NCBI GenBank assembly: GCA_964057225.1
Contig: OZ059896.1
Location: 9,114,001-9,178,000 of the forward strand
Source of the DNA: Auanema rhodensis
Lineage: Eukaryota; Animalia; Nematoda
DNA length: 64,000 nucleotides
Reading direction: 5' to 3'
A model generated the notes under the pieces. The model did not search any database, had not been told where the DNA came from, and was given only the letters and a program-made list of their open reading frames with translations. Below, piece after piece: positions 16,415-27,324 of the stretch. The position numbers and the translations under genes are program-made. Each line of letters begins with the position of its first letter. The stretch's first letter is position 1.

Positions 16415-19400
16415 ATGGCTTCACCACGCCATGACGGGTCGCCTGAACCTCCTTCCCTCGATGTCCATAGGTAATTGATTGATTTTTTTTTCTTTTAAAG
16501 TTCTTATCTGTTATTTTTAAGACTCGAGTCTTCGGATACAGCCGATTCTGATTGCGTGGTGATGGTAAAACTTACTGATGAACTCTTTACTGCTCTTCTA
16601 GCTGCGCAAAAGAAGAAGATTCCTTTGCGTATGCGAGTTGATGAAAAAGTGAGTAGCAAATTAAAATCTATATTAAAGTGTATATTGCAGGGAGGCTCTT
16701 TTGTTATCGGTGAGAACTCCGTTTTTTCATTCCAAAACCAGGCAATGCCTGGAGAAACTGACACAGTTTACCACGATCCTCGTTCGAATTGTCATCGTAC
16801 AGCGGGGTCTTTTCGCTGCAAGTATCAGGTATGGCTTTAGACATTTTTTAATACTAAGTTTTTATGCTTGTCGTGTTCGCTTCTTCTCACTCTTTCGTTT
16901 ATTCGAAAAAAAAAATCCCAGTAATGGTTAATGCGAGGAAGAGTTTGTTTTCGCCAAATATGTTAAATATTTTATTTCTTAAAATCCGGAAGTGAGAAAT
17001 TCAGCGCTGTGGTATGATCCGTACTGGGACTGGTTTGTATCGAGTTTGTGACAGGGGCAGAAGCTGACTAGGCCGTAGACCAAAACTTTATGTTTGCTCT
17101 ATTTCTTTCCGTGCCAAAGAATCAATTGTCCTCGAGTGTTGAGAAAGAAAAATTTGCTAAGAGAAAACGAGAGATAAGCTCAATAGATGACCAATGTGAT
17201 TCATGAATATTTTCTGAAAATGAAGTGAGTTTAAATTGGGATCAAGCAACTGTTGTAATTGAGATTTACATTTTCCTATATCACTTTTTGTATTTCTCCT
17301 TATTTTAATTGTATTTCACATTTCATACGCTTTTAAGAAATCTTTGTTTTTCGTGCAACTGTGTTTGTGCACAAAACAAAACCAATACTATTACTTGCAT
17401 AGAAAGCTGTTGATTTCTTGCTATGATTGTGTATGTGTTCAACAAGAAGGGGTGAAGTTGTTATGTTTAGGCCTTCTTGTGCTGAGTGAAAATCTTTTCT
17501 TGTTTCCTCTACAACGATGTCATTCATATTTCTCCTTGTCGTTGCCTTTTATCATAAAATTTATTTCCAGGTACAAGCGACTGACAAGTCTTTTGCGGAT
17601 ACACGTGAAAGGGCTCAAAAGTTAGCTGAGGAAGAGAAAAGCAAAGGAGTTAGAGACGCTAATAAGTAAGGAATTCAATAATATTTTGTTCGTTACTTCA
17701 GATTATAGGCATCGTAAACACCTTAGTGCTTCAACATCGTCGCGAGTCGGGTCCGCGTCGTCTTCTCGTCATTCTTCTCCTCTCTTGTCTAAAGCTTCAT
17801 CGGATCCTCAAAATCGAATTAGCCCCAATAAGGTAATTGTTTTCTTTTGGTTTTCATTGTCCTTTTGTTGAAACTGTCGGCTGCGGACATATAACACCAA
17901 CATTCCAAGTTCTATAGTTCAATATTGTTCTTTCTATTTTGGTCTAGGTCTTTTTCACCTCGATCTTCGTCTCTCTGTTTTACGCATTGTTTTCCGAGTT
18001 TGCTCTGACAGATAAGGGTAGGATAATGTGACCGGTTCTATGTGCACTAAGTTTGCTTGAATTAGAACATTGAAACTACCCTATCTAATGCAATATTGAT
18101 TGAGCTTCTTCTTTTGTTATAAAAATATCAGATCAAATTATTTGAATTTTTTCAGTTCAACAATTCAACGGGTACCAATGGGCTGGCTCCATCGGCAAAC
18201 AACGGTTAGTTTATTCGCAATTTATCCAATGACTGTTGAGTTTAACGCTAAAGGGGAACTGAAATGCCATGAAATGGGTTGAAAGATATAAATTTCCGCA
18301 TTACTGTCACCTCTGACCTAGCTACTTTTATTAGTTTCTATCACCACTATCAAAAATTCTGTTTCTATTGAAAACATCAATCTTTTCGATATTTTTAGCG
18401 AGTGTGGTATGAAATGTAGTTGGATAGTATTAGTAGTATTTTCATGTATTTTTCTGGGTATTACTTTAGCTATGCAATGGGTAATGAGAAAGAATTACGT
18501 TTATTGAGTGGTTATATTGAAGTAGACGTAGGAGTTTACTCTCACATGTTTTCTAATAACGATCAATCGATAGATTTCTATTTATTGACAGCTGGACTAG
18601 GCATGAAACAAGTATCAACGTAGGGTTTTCCATGTTCATTAAACGTTGCTAGAGGCTGTTTTGTGAAGAATTCATGTAACCGGTTTCTTTTCGAGATGAA
18701 CAGCCTCAGGAAGTTATTCAACTTTGATTTCTTGTACTAATCATTTGATTAATCAATGTGGAATTCGATAAATGCAATATAAAAAGCCGACATTATTTTA
18801 CTTTGAATTTTCAGGGTCTTCTCGTCCAATAACTCATCCTCTAGCTGCAGAACTGCGAAAGAAAAAGTTACGGCCGCGAATTGTTCATTTAGTTGTAACG
18901 GGTCGATATTCAAGTTGCGAAGAGGTATATTACTAGTTTTTGTCAGCCTTTATCTTTGCGTATTCAGATTCACAAGAAATTGCGAAAAGATGGTCTCAAT
19001 GATGAGTATGATGACTCACGGAAAATAGAAGATGTTGTTCGTGAAGTAGCTGAACGAATTGAAAACGGCAGTTATGCGCTTAAGCAAAACGTTAATAGCG
19101 AGGTACACAATTATTTTATCTTAATTAGTATATTTGTTATTTAAGGTTGATTGGCGGTGGCCATGGTTCACCCATGAAGAAAAGGCTAACGTTCGTAAAA
19201 CGTTGTCGTCGTCAACCCAACAGTATTTAGCTAGTTCTTCTTTTGCTCCTATGCGAAAAAGTGGTATGGAAAGAATGCAAGCTCCGTCTGCATCCATTAC
19301 ACAAAATATTAGTCCTGAAGGTAAAATACATCATTCTTTACTTATATAATGCTTTACTGTTCAGCCATTCCAACTCCTCCTAGTTCACGTCCTTCTTCTG

Positions 19401-20393
19401 GAGGCCCTACAAAGCCTAAAACAGTGTCCCCTGTTGCAGCACAAACTCGAAATAGCCCAAGTATTACGCCATCGTTCGTTGATTTTTTTTTGTAATTTGT
19501 TATATTGCTAATTACAGTCATGAAGAGAGTTTTATTGAAGAAACAATCGTAGGATCTAGTTCAAAACGAAAAGCACACGTTCCTTCTACTCAACATGCTG
19601 ACAAAAGACCTCGGCAAGAAAGCTCTAGTCCTCCTGAAGATCCTCGTAGCAATCAGCCTAGTCACAAAGAGGTAGTTATTTTTCCTATATACAATAAAGT
19701 GATGATTTTCTTTATTAGAAGTTAATGGCTGCTCGCGCTAGCGGTAGCACTACATCTTCTCGACTTTCATCGCCATGTAGTTTATCTTCTCCTAGTCAAC
19801 CCTCTTGTGATTGGGAAAAAACTTATCCAGAGGTTTGCTTTTCTTTTCTTTTTGTATTCACGATTCTTTTACAGATTAAGGATGCACGAGAAGCTGAAAA
19901 GTATTTTTCATTATTTCATTCCGAGTATCCAATATATATGAATTGTTATAAGCAACTGAATAAGGTTTTTCATTTTTTTTCTTGAATTTTTGTTATTGTT
20001 ATTTTAAAGGTTGCTATGGAGTTCAAAGATTTAGAAGATCAGTTGAAAAACGTTGTACGTGTTCAACGCGAAAGCTCTAAGGTACGTCGTTAATTAATGA
20101 TATTCATGTTGTTCATGTACTGATTTAAGATAGAACGCTCCATCCAAGAAAGGTTTTCTCATTTTGAAAAGGACGAAGAATTTTTAAGGGTACGTCTTTT
20201 ATTTCATCTTTTGTTGTCTCAAGAGTTTTCTTCTCTCTTCGGGGGACGAATATAGTTGGGTCAGCTTTATTGCTCATTGGGGATTTTACAGTGTCGTCAA
20301 CGCCATGCTGATCTGCGTTCCAAGCTTTCTGTTCTGAAACAAAGAATTTCGGATTGGGAACGACTACAAGAGAATTCTCCTTGCGTCATGTAA
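16415..20393 (+). CDS. ell-1: RNA polymerase II elongation factor ELL, multi-exon
   Basis: The spliced product has the ELL N-terminal region (VMVKLTDE...KYQVQATDKSFADTRERAQKLAEEEKSK), a central LRPRIVHLV...EVDWRWPWFTHEEK segment, a Ser/Pro-rich linker, and a C-terminal occludin/ELL domain (YPEIKDAREAEKYFSLFHSEYPIY...RHADLRSKLSVLKQRISDWE). Confidence 0.93.
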
Positions 20394-21208
20394 TCCTTGT
20401 TGCTGATACTTTGTGATATCTGTAGCAGATCAGTTCTCACAGAACTGTGCAGAAGTTTAGATTGGTTTTATCTGATTTGTTCCCTAGTAGTTGCCTTGTA
20501 TGGTTTTCTTTCCTGGTGCGCGATTCGAGTATTACCGCCTTGTGGTTTTAGTCAGCTCATTTTGTTTCCTGGACCACTTGTTTATCATGTCATTCGCACT
20601 TAAGTCAATTACTATCCTTTGGTATGCCTTTTCTATAGATAGATTTTACGGGTGATAAAAGCTGTATTTATTGTAAGAAAAATTCCAAAAAGTTGTAGAT
20701 TGTCATGTGAAAAGCCATGTGCGTTTTTGGTTATGATTCGAATGGGTTGTGTCTTCTTCTCTCTTTTTTTTTCTCCGGTGCCCAGTTCTTACCTACTACT
20801 TTGTTATTTCTATGTTCGTGTTTTTTTGGGTCCATATGCCTTATGTAGTCTCTCAGAGAGAGGCACAAATCTAGAAATATCAAAAAGGGGGTTGTTTAGA
20901 AGGGAGGTTTCTTTTGCCACAAATCTACTTTGGTACTACTTCTTATCTTACCTTGCGGTGTACTCTATTATATCAATTATTTTTTTCACAGTCTCTTTCT
21001 CCCTTTCTCCCTCTCACTCTTAGTTATGTTTAATATGGTGCCTTGCTCTTTTATCATAGTTGTTGAATAGTTATAGCAGTATATCAGTTCAGCCTTAGGC
21101 TTTGCCACTCTTTCCTAGGCTTGTTGAGTGCCATGATGCCATCGTAGTGTATCTGTTCTTATGACCCAATTTTCATTCTCCTTCCCGCTCTATCAGCTCT
21201 CACAAGCC

Positions 21209-21214
21209 AATAAA
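21209..21214 (+). promoter_or_regulatory. Probable polyadenylation signal of the ELL gene (3'UTR about 0.8 kb)
   Basis: AATAAA at the end of a T-rich stretch following the ELL stop, with a T-rich tract downstream. Confidence 0.5.
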
Positions 21215-21333
21215 CGGTTCAGACCATATATAGCTCTTGTTTTTTTGCCTTATGTCTACCGTGCTATAATAATTGTCATGACAAAATCAATAATTGCATG
21301 AAATACAGAGTTCACATGTTATTCAAATGAGCA

Positions 21334-21356
21334 ATATATATATATATATATATATA
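21334..21356. repeat. (AT)n microsatellite
   Basis: Seen directly. Confidence 0.85.
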
Positions 21357-24300
21357 GATAATACCACTCAAGTTATTTATATATTCAAATGATATAATAT
21401 ATCAAAAGAATATAATAAGTATGTTGTTTTATATAATTGAATTATGTATTATACATGAAGAATTGTCAACAAATTACACAAATTGTTTCATATTTTACGA
21501 ATAGTTAGATTTTATAATTATTAGCTACAATCTCTTGTACTGATTTCTAATTATATTGCTGCTGTGCCTCCTTTAAAGCTTCTCACATTCCTCTCTCGTT
21601 CTCTGTTCGCAATTGTTTTCTTTTCTTTCTCTCTGTTCATCATTTGTCATCGAACAAATATGTGTGCGTTGGTCATGGTATACCCCTCGACCAGAGAAGG
21701 CCGTTGACGTTATCCTTAAAATGTAAAACGGAGAATATAGAAAAAAAAGAAAAAAATTGTAAATCGAGCTATATTTCCATTTTTTTCACTAGCCCTGAGG
21801 CATGGTAGCTGTTGCAGCTGTATTGAGCACACATAAACACCCACACTAAATGTGTACCGACGATGAAGATGGAACAGTGAGAGAAAATCGAAGTGTATCA
21901 GGCGATTGGAGAGTGTTCAAAATAATCGAGTATGACATTATAATCAGTGCTTTTGTTTTTTTTTAGTTTTTGAGTTTTTTCTCAAATAGTTAAAGAGGTT
22001 GTGGTTGAATTAGGGTAAAATCACACAGGAGACAAGTTTCATAAACAGGAATCAATAAATTTCATGCTTTACTTTGTGGCCAAAACCAGAATCGTTCTCA
22101 AGAGTTTTCTATTTTTTTATGGAATGTATAATAGATCAGCTACTAAGCTGTAGTGATTGCTTTGAACTTGCACGCACTGTGTTGCTGAAAGATGAGGGAA
22201 AGATCAGAAGTCATTACCGTTTGCAAAAGATGATACGACACAATCAGCATGTTGAAAAAGATGTGAGAATACGAGAGAACAAGTGGAGTGTTAGTCGTGT
22301 GCGCTTCTTCACACTTGAATCATCTAGTCACCTGCTTCATGGCCATTCATTCAATTAAAAATCACAAAGATGAATGAACGAAATGTGAAATATGTCGAGA
22401 AAACAGGAGTGTTAGAGCAGCATGCAGTGGCAACAGTTGTGAAAAAAACTATTTCCCCGTCCAATCTATTAGCTTTCATGTGTTTTGTCAAAAATAGAAA
22501 ACTTGGTTATAAACTTAGGTCATAGGGATCAGTTCCAATTCTTTGACTATGTTGAATAGAATGGGAACAAGAAGTACTCACTTGTTTTATTCTGTTTATT
22601 TTTGCTGTATATGTATGCTACGGTATATTTTGTAGCATTAGAGTTTCGATGGTTTAAGAGAACTTGCTTCTCGGTTGTGCAACATTTCGAAAGAAAATTG
22701 TATTCACTTCCGGATATGAATCGTCTTTTGAGAACATTAAATGTTTTATTGAAAAATGATTTTGTTATATTTCAAGTGTGAGTGTTATGGTTGAGAAGCG
22801 TAATGTATTTCCTCCAGTCTTCATACTTTATCCTTCTCTCTGTCTCTATCATGTATCGTATCTGTCGGTGTACAAAGAGCCTGCCTGTCTGATTCTATCT
22901 ATCTTTCTGCCTGAATCTGCCTGCTAACGCCTCAGACTGCTGGGGACTGATTTTCATTTTTTTTAAACAGTTCCTTATCAGAAAACGATACCACATAGTT
23001 AAATACTTATGAATAATAACATTAAAGTAATTTATAGTACAAAAACTCATAATATAAACAAAAAAAAACATCATATGAGTGAAATCTTAATACATAAATA
23101 GAATTCAAATTATGTATTTAGGTTAGCTTTAAAAAAAGAGTTTGGTGGTTAATATCGGTATGATTCATATTTTCATTGCTTCCATGAAATTGCGAACCAC
23201 AACCATATGCTGCTGACTTATTCTTCTGTTTATTTCAAAAGCTAAGTATGATAAACGCCTGTTTTATAACGCGAATGACAATTGTAGTCAACGTTTAGCT
23301 GGCATAACTTCAGCATAGTGGTATTGATAATATTTTGAACTGTTTCTAATTCTTGTTTGCTATTATCTTGAGAATGATATAATGGGTTTGGCTGATTTTA
23401 GTGGCTTAAAAAACGGACTTACTTTTCTGTGCTGAAGATTGGCAGATGCAGAAAAGCAGGTTTACTGATATATGAGGACATGCCGCTAGTAAATCTTATC
23501 ATTATTTCAGAAGTTTCCGTTTCTAGTATTTAATAGATTCAATTCGAATTGTTTAGTGAAATTGTCACGTGCTATGTCATATTCCGGTAGATGATTGTTT
23601 CATCATCACGCTGCTTCTATTTTGGGTAAGTTTTCACTAATCATCACTTTTAAATTAAATATTTTTGTTTAACAATCGGGGGAAAATATGCTAAGTTATT
23701 ATGATGTGTAGAAATTATTTCTGCTAGAAATAATATTGGAATTTATGTAAGAAAATAGGAAAAAAGTAGCATCAATGTGATAGAAGAAATCGCGATAAGA
23801 AGAGGGGGACGAGAAAATAGACACAACCGTTTAGTGCGTTTTGACGCAATTGAAATAGTTTGGGTGTTTGCGTGAGTTTCCATGTAAATCATGAGGAGAC
23901 ATTGTGAATGAATTGAGAACATACATTAGAGCTTGAAACACTTAAATTTTCTTATCAATAAACAACTATAAGTTTCAAAGTGATTCAAGGTCTTCATATG
24001 TTTTTCTCTTGAAATCGCATGATATCAATCTGGGTGAAGAGAAAGTCATGTAATGCTTCTTTTTTTTATTTGTCCTGAGAATAGGGACACACGATGATAT
24101 TTAATTCTGTGGCAATTTGGTAACTGCTTTTGTATTTTCATTATTAATTATCTGCATAATTTAAATGAGACTTATATGTATGCCAACACAGGATTCATCT
24201 CTTATAACCCTAGTCTTTGATTGGGATCAATAAATTCATCATACCATCAGTACTTCTTTGAACAAGCGTAGAAATCAAGAATGAAAAGGAAGATAGAGAG

Positions 24301-27244
24301 ATAGATATATAGTTGTTAGAACAGAAAAAAGATGGAAAGAAAGAGGAAAGAGGAAAGCATAGGATCATCTCAGAACACGCATGACCTAAAAGCGATGTCT
24401 TCGGCCATTCTGGTAACACGTCGAATACAATTGTCATTCGGAGACTTCAGAATATGGTATAATGTTCGTCTGAGCTGTTTTCAATATAACCTATTATGTT
24501 GAATCAAATACATGTGAAGGTGATAATAAACGAAAGAATTTTGACTAAAAACAGAACCGAAATTGGGCATTGACTATACATATACATGCATGCATGTATG
24601 TACAGCAATAGGTACAACAACGCCATATCAATCAATCAGATGGCCAATTCATGTTTTTTCTGTGAAGAGGAAGAGCAAAACATTATAGAGAAATAGAATG
24701 AAAGGGGGGGATTGAATTCTTGTATGTCGAGTTATTTTATAAACTAAAATTGATGATGAAAATAAAGGATCATAATTTTGCTTAAATTACTTCTTTTCTT
24801 CACTCGATTCTAGAAAGAAATTTTTTTCTAAATTTCAAAATATATTTGTATTTTATTTTTAAATTGATAACAGATTGATCATACATGATTAATCAAAAAA
24901 ATTTATAAATAGTCGTTAAACGTAATGATAATTTGGAGCTTATGCGATCAGATAGTTATGGCTTCGGAAAATCTTATATGATAATTCATATAGAACATTG
25001 ACTGAAATGGATGTATTGCTTATAGTCACGTTTTCATGTTATGATCATCCTTCTTTGAATCTCACTACAGTTTTCATTAGCTTTTGTGTATGGGTTTTAA
25101 TCGAAAAGAATGGCTTAGCGTTTGTGTTTGCATGCGAGAAGAGGGGGGACCTTTGGACGAGAACGAATATCATCTATAAGCCTTTATCTATAGATTCATA
25201 AGTGTACCTTTAAAAGAAAATGTTTTTTGTACTCTACAGTGTGATATCATAGTTGATTTCAAGTTCTCTTCGTATCAGATTTTTAATTAACTTTGGAACT
25301 ATATTGTAAGATTTCTAAGAAAAAATAACTTTTTTTTCGAAATAAATCTAATAAAAGTATGTTCATGTAGCTTTGATAGGCAAAAGCCAGTTTTAATCCG
25401 TTTTTTCTATCCAATTCGATCTCTCTGTTCATAATCTTGACTTGAGGTGTCATCAGATTTTTGCCGAAAACAGCAAAACTTCAAATTTGATCTGTACACC
25501 CGATTCATGGGTTGTCGTGATTGTCGGCATTGTCATCCTGCTACGTAGGGGGCCATTATTAGAAAAAATTGGCCCCAAAAGAAAATGTTTAAGAGTTTTT
25601 GTTTTGCAAAACGTCAATGGTGTTTTATATTGCAAATTGCATCTGTTGGAAATTTTCTTGGAATTAAAACATTTGCCGATATTTATCATGCGTATATGTG
25701 TACTGATGTGAAAATATTAATTTTTATAGAAATACATTGTTCAAAAAATGTTGATTATAACGCAAAAGCCTATTGGTTCCTGACAATTGCAAAGGGAACT
25801 TAGATAAGGACAAAGCGGATTGAACAAGAACAGGCGGAAACCAAGAGGGAGTAAAGAGGTAGAGAAAGAGGAAAGAAATAATTAGAAGCACGGAAATAGA
25901 GATAGAGTGAGAAAGGTTGAAAAAAGATTGAAAGGATAGAAGAAATGAAGAGGAAAAAAGAGAGAGGGAGCAATAGAGAGAGAAGGGAAAGAGAAAGAAT
26001 GACCATCAGTGGTATTGCTAGTTATCTCGTTTTCCCGAAAACCAACGCCAAATACATATCTGTTGTCATTCGTCTTCCCTTTTTCTTTCTTATGTGTTGG
26101 TGTCAACACATATAAGCAGAAATGGAGGAAAGATAAAAGCTCCTTCATCTTAGACTGGGGATCAACCCTTAAACGGGAATCCTTCAGCCTACATGTCCGC
26201 AAAACAAGTAATCAATCCTATCGGATCTGAAAACAAAATAATTGAAAATTGCGATTAGGTGCCGGATTTACAACTGCTATCTACAGGGCATTTTGAATTT
26301 TTTTTGAGGTGGAGGCAAATGTTCAATGTTTGAAAAATGTATTCAGCAAACTAGCTGCTAGTGTATATAAGCTGAGTAGAATTTTTGAAAGAGGCTAGAG
26401 AGTGAAATAGATGTTGAAAAACGTAAAAACGGCTCACCTTTTCCCAAAAAAGGCTAATGTACACATAAAAGATGCAAACGGAACCGAGAAATGTCTGAGA
26501 GTGACATCAAAGTACGGTTGAGTTTTGATTGGGTTTGGAGCAGAAGAAGATATTCTCTACAACTGCTGTAATTTTTGTTTTTTTTTCATTTTCAATGGAA
26601 TAAGCTTTTCAGATCCAACAGTTGATGAGAAAGATCATTTATGATCTGAAGTGTACTCAAAGACCTTGGAAAATATAATTGGAACACAATATGAAAATGA
26701 AAAAAGGGTGAGACATGCAATTTGATTGGCTTGGCTAATAAAATCTGAACGCTACAAATATGTGCGTGAAAGAATGAAGTGGAAGGGGATTACATACGAC
26801 CTGTGAGGGAGATGAAGTAATTCGTTTTTGGTTACGAATATGCTTTCTGGCTATTTTCCTATTAGCTATTAACGTTTTTTCCTTGTAAAATATATTCATT
26901 GACATCAGTATCTTTGAATTATCAGCTTAATATTTCAAATTTCAGTTGAAAATTTGTATTAAAAAGCGTTTGGAAAAAAACAGGTTACATCGAAAATTCG
27001 AAATGTGAACAGAAGCATTAATTTCATAGCACGTTTAGTTCACACAAGCAACGATGTTGTGATGATTCCAACAGTTTTTCTTCAAATTTTTTCGTGGAAA
27101 AACCATTGAACAATACGAAAATTTCTTTTTTTTAATATATACATTTTTATGTATATATACATATCATAAGAGAATAAACACGATTCTTATTGATGACTTG
27201 CAGAATATATTGAACACTGTGAAACGATAGAGAGAGAAAGAGAT

Positions 27245-27246
<2 letters not shown>

Positions 27247-27319
<73 letters not shown>
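27247..27319. repeat. Perfect (GA)n microsatellite, about 36 units
   Basis: Seen directly; it explains the spurious SL-repeat ORFs at 27147-27400. Confidence 0.97.

Positions 27320-27324
<5 letters not shown>

Noticed and set aside
21149-21162. GTATCTGTTCTTAT, resembling part of U2 snRNA, in the ELL 3'UTR
   Set aside because: Only 14 AT-rich bases with no flanking U2 sequence; compatible with chance.
22309-22330. Minus-strand TGACTAGA (miR-44/279-type 5' end)
   Set aside because: The flanks do not form a proper pre-miRNA hairpin.
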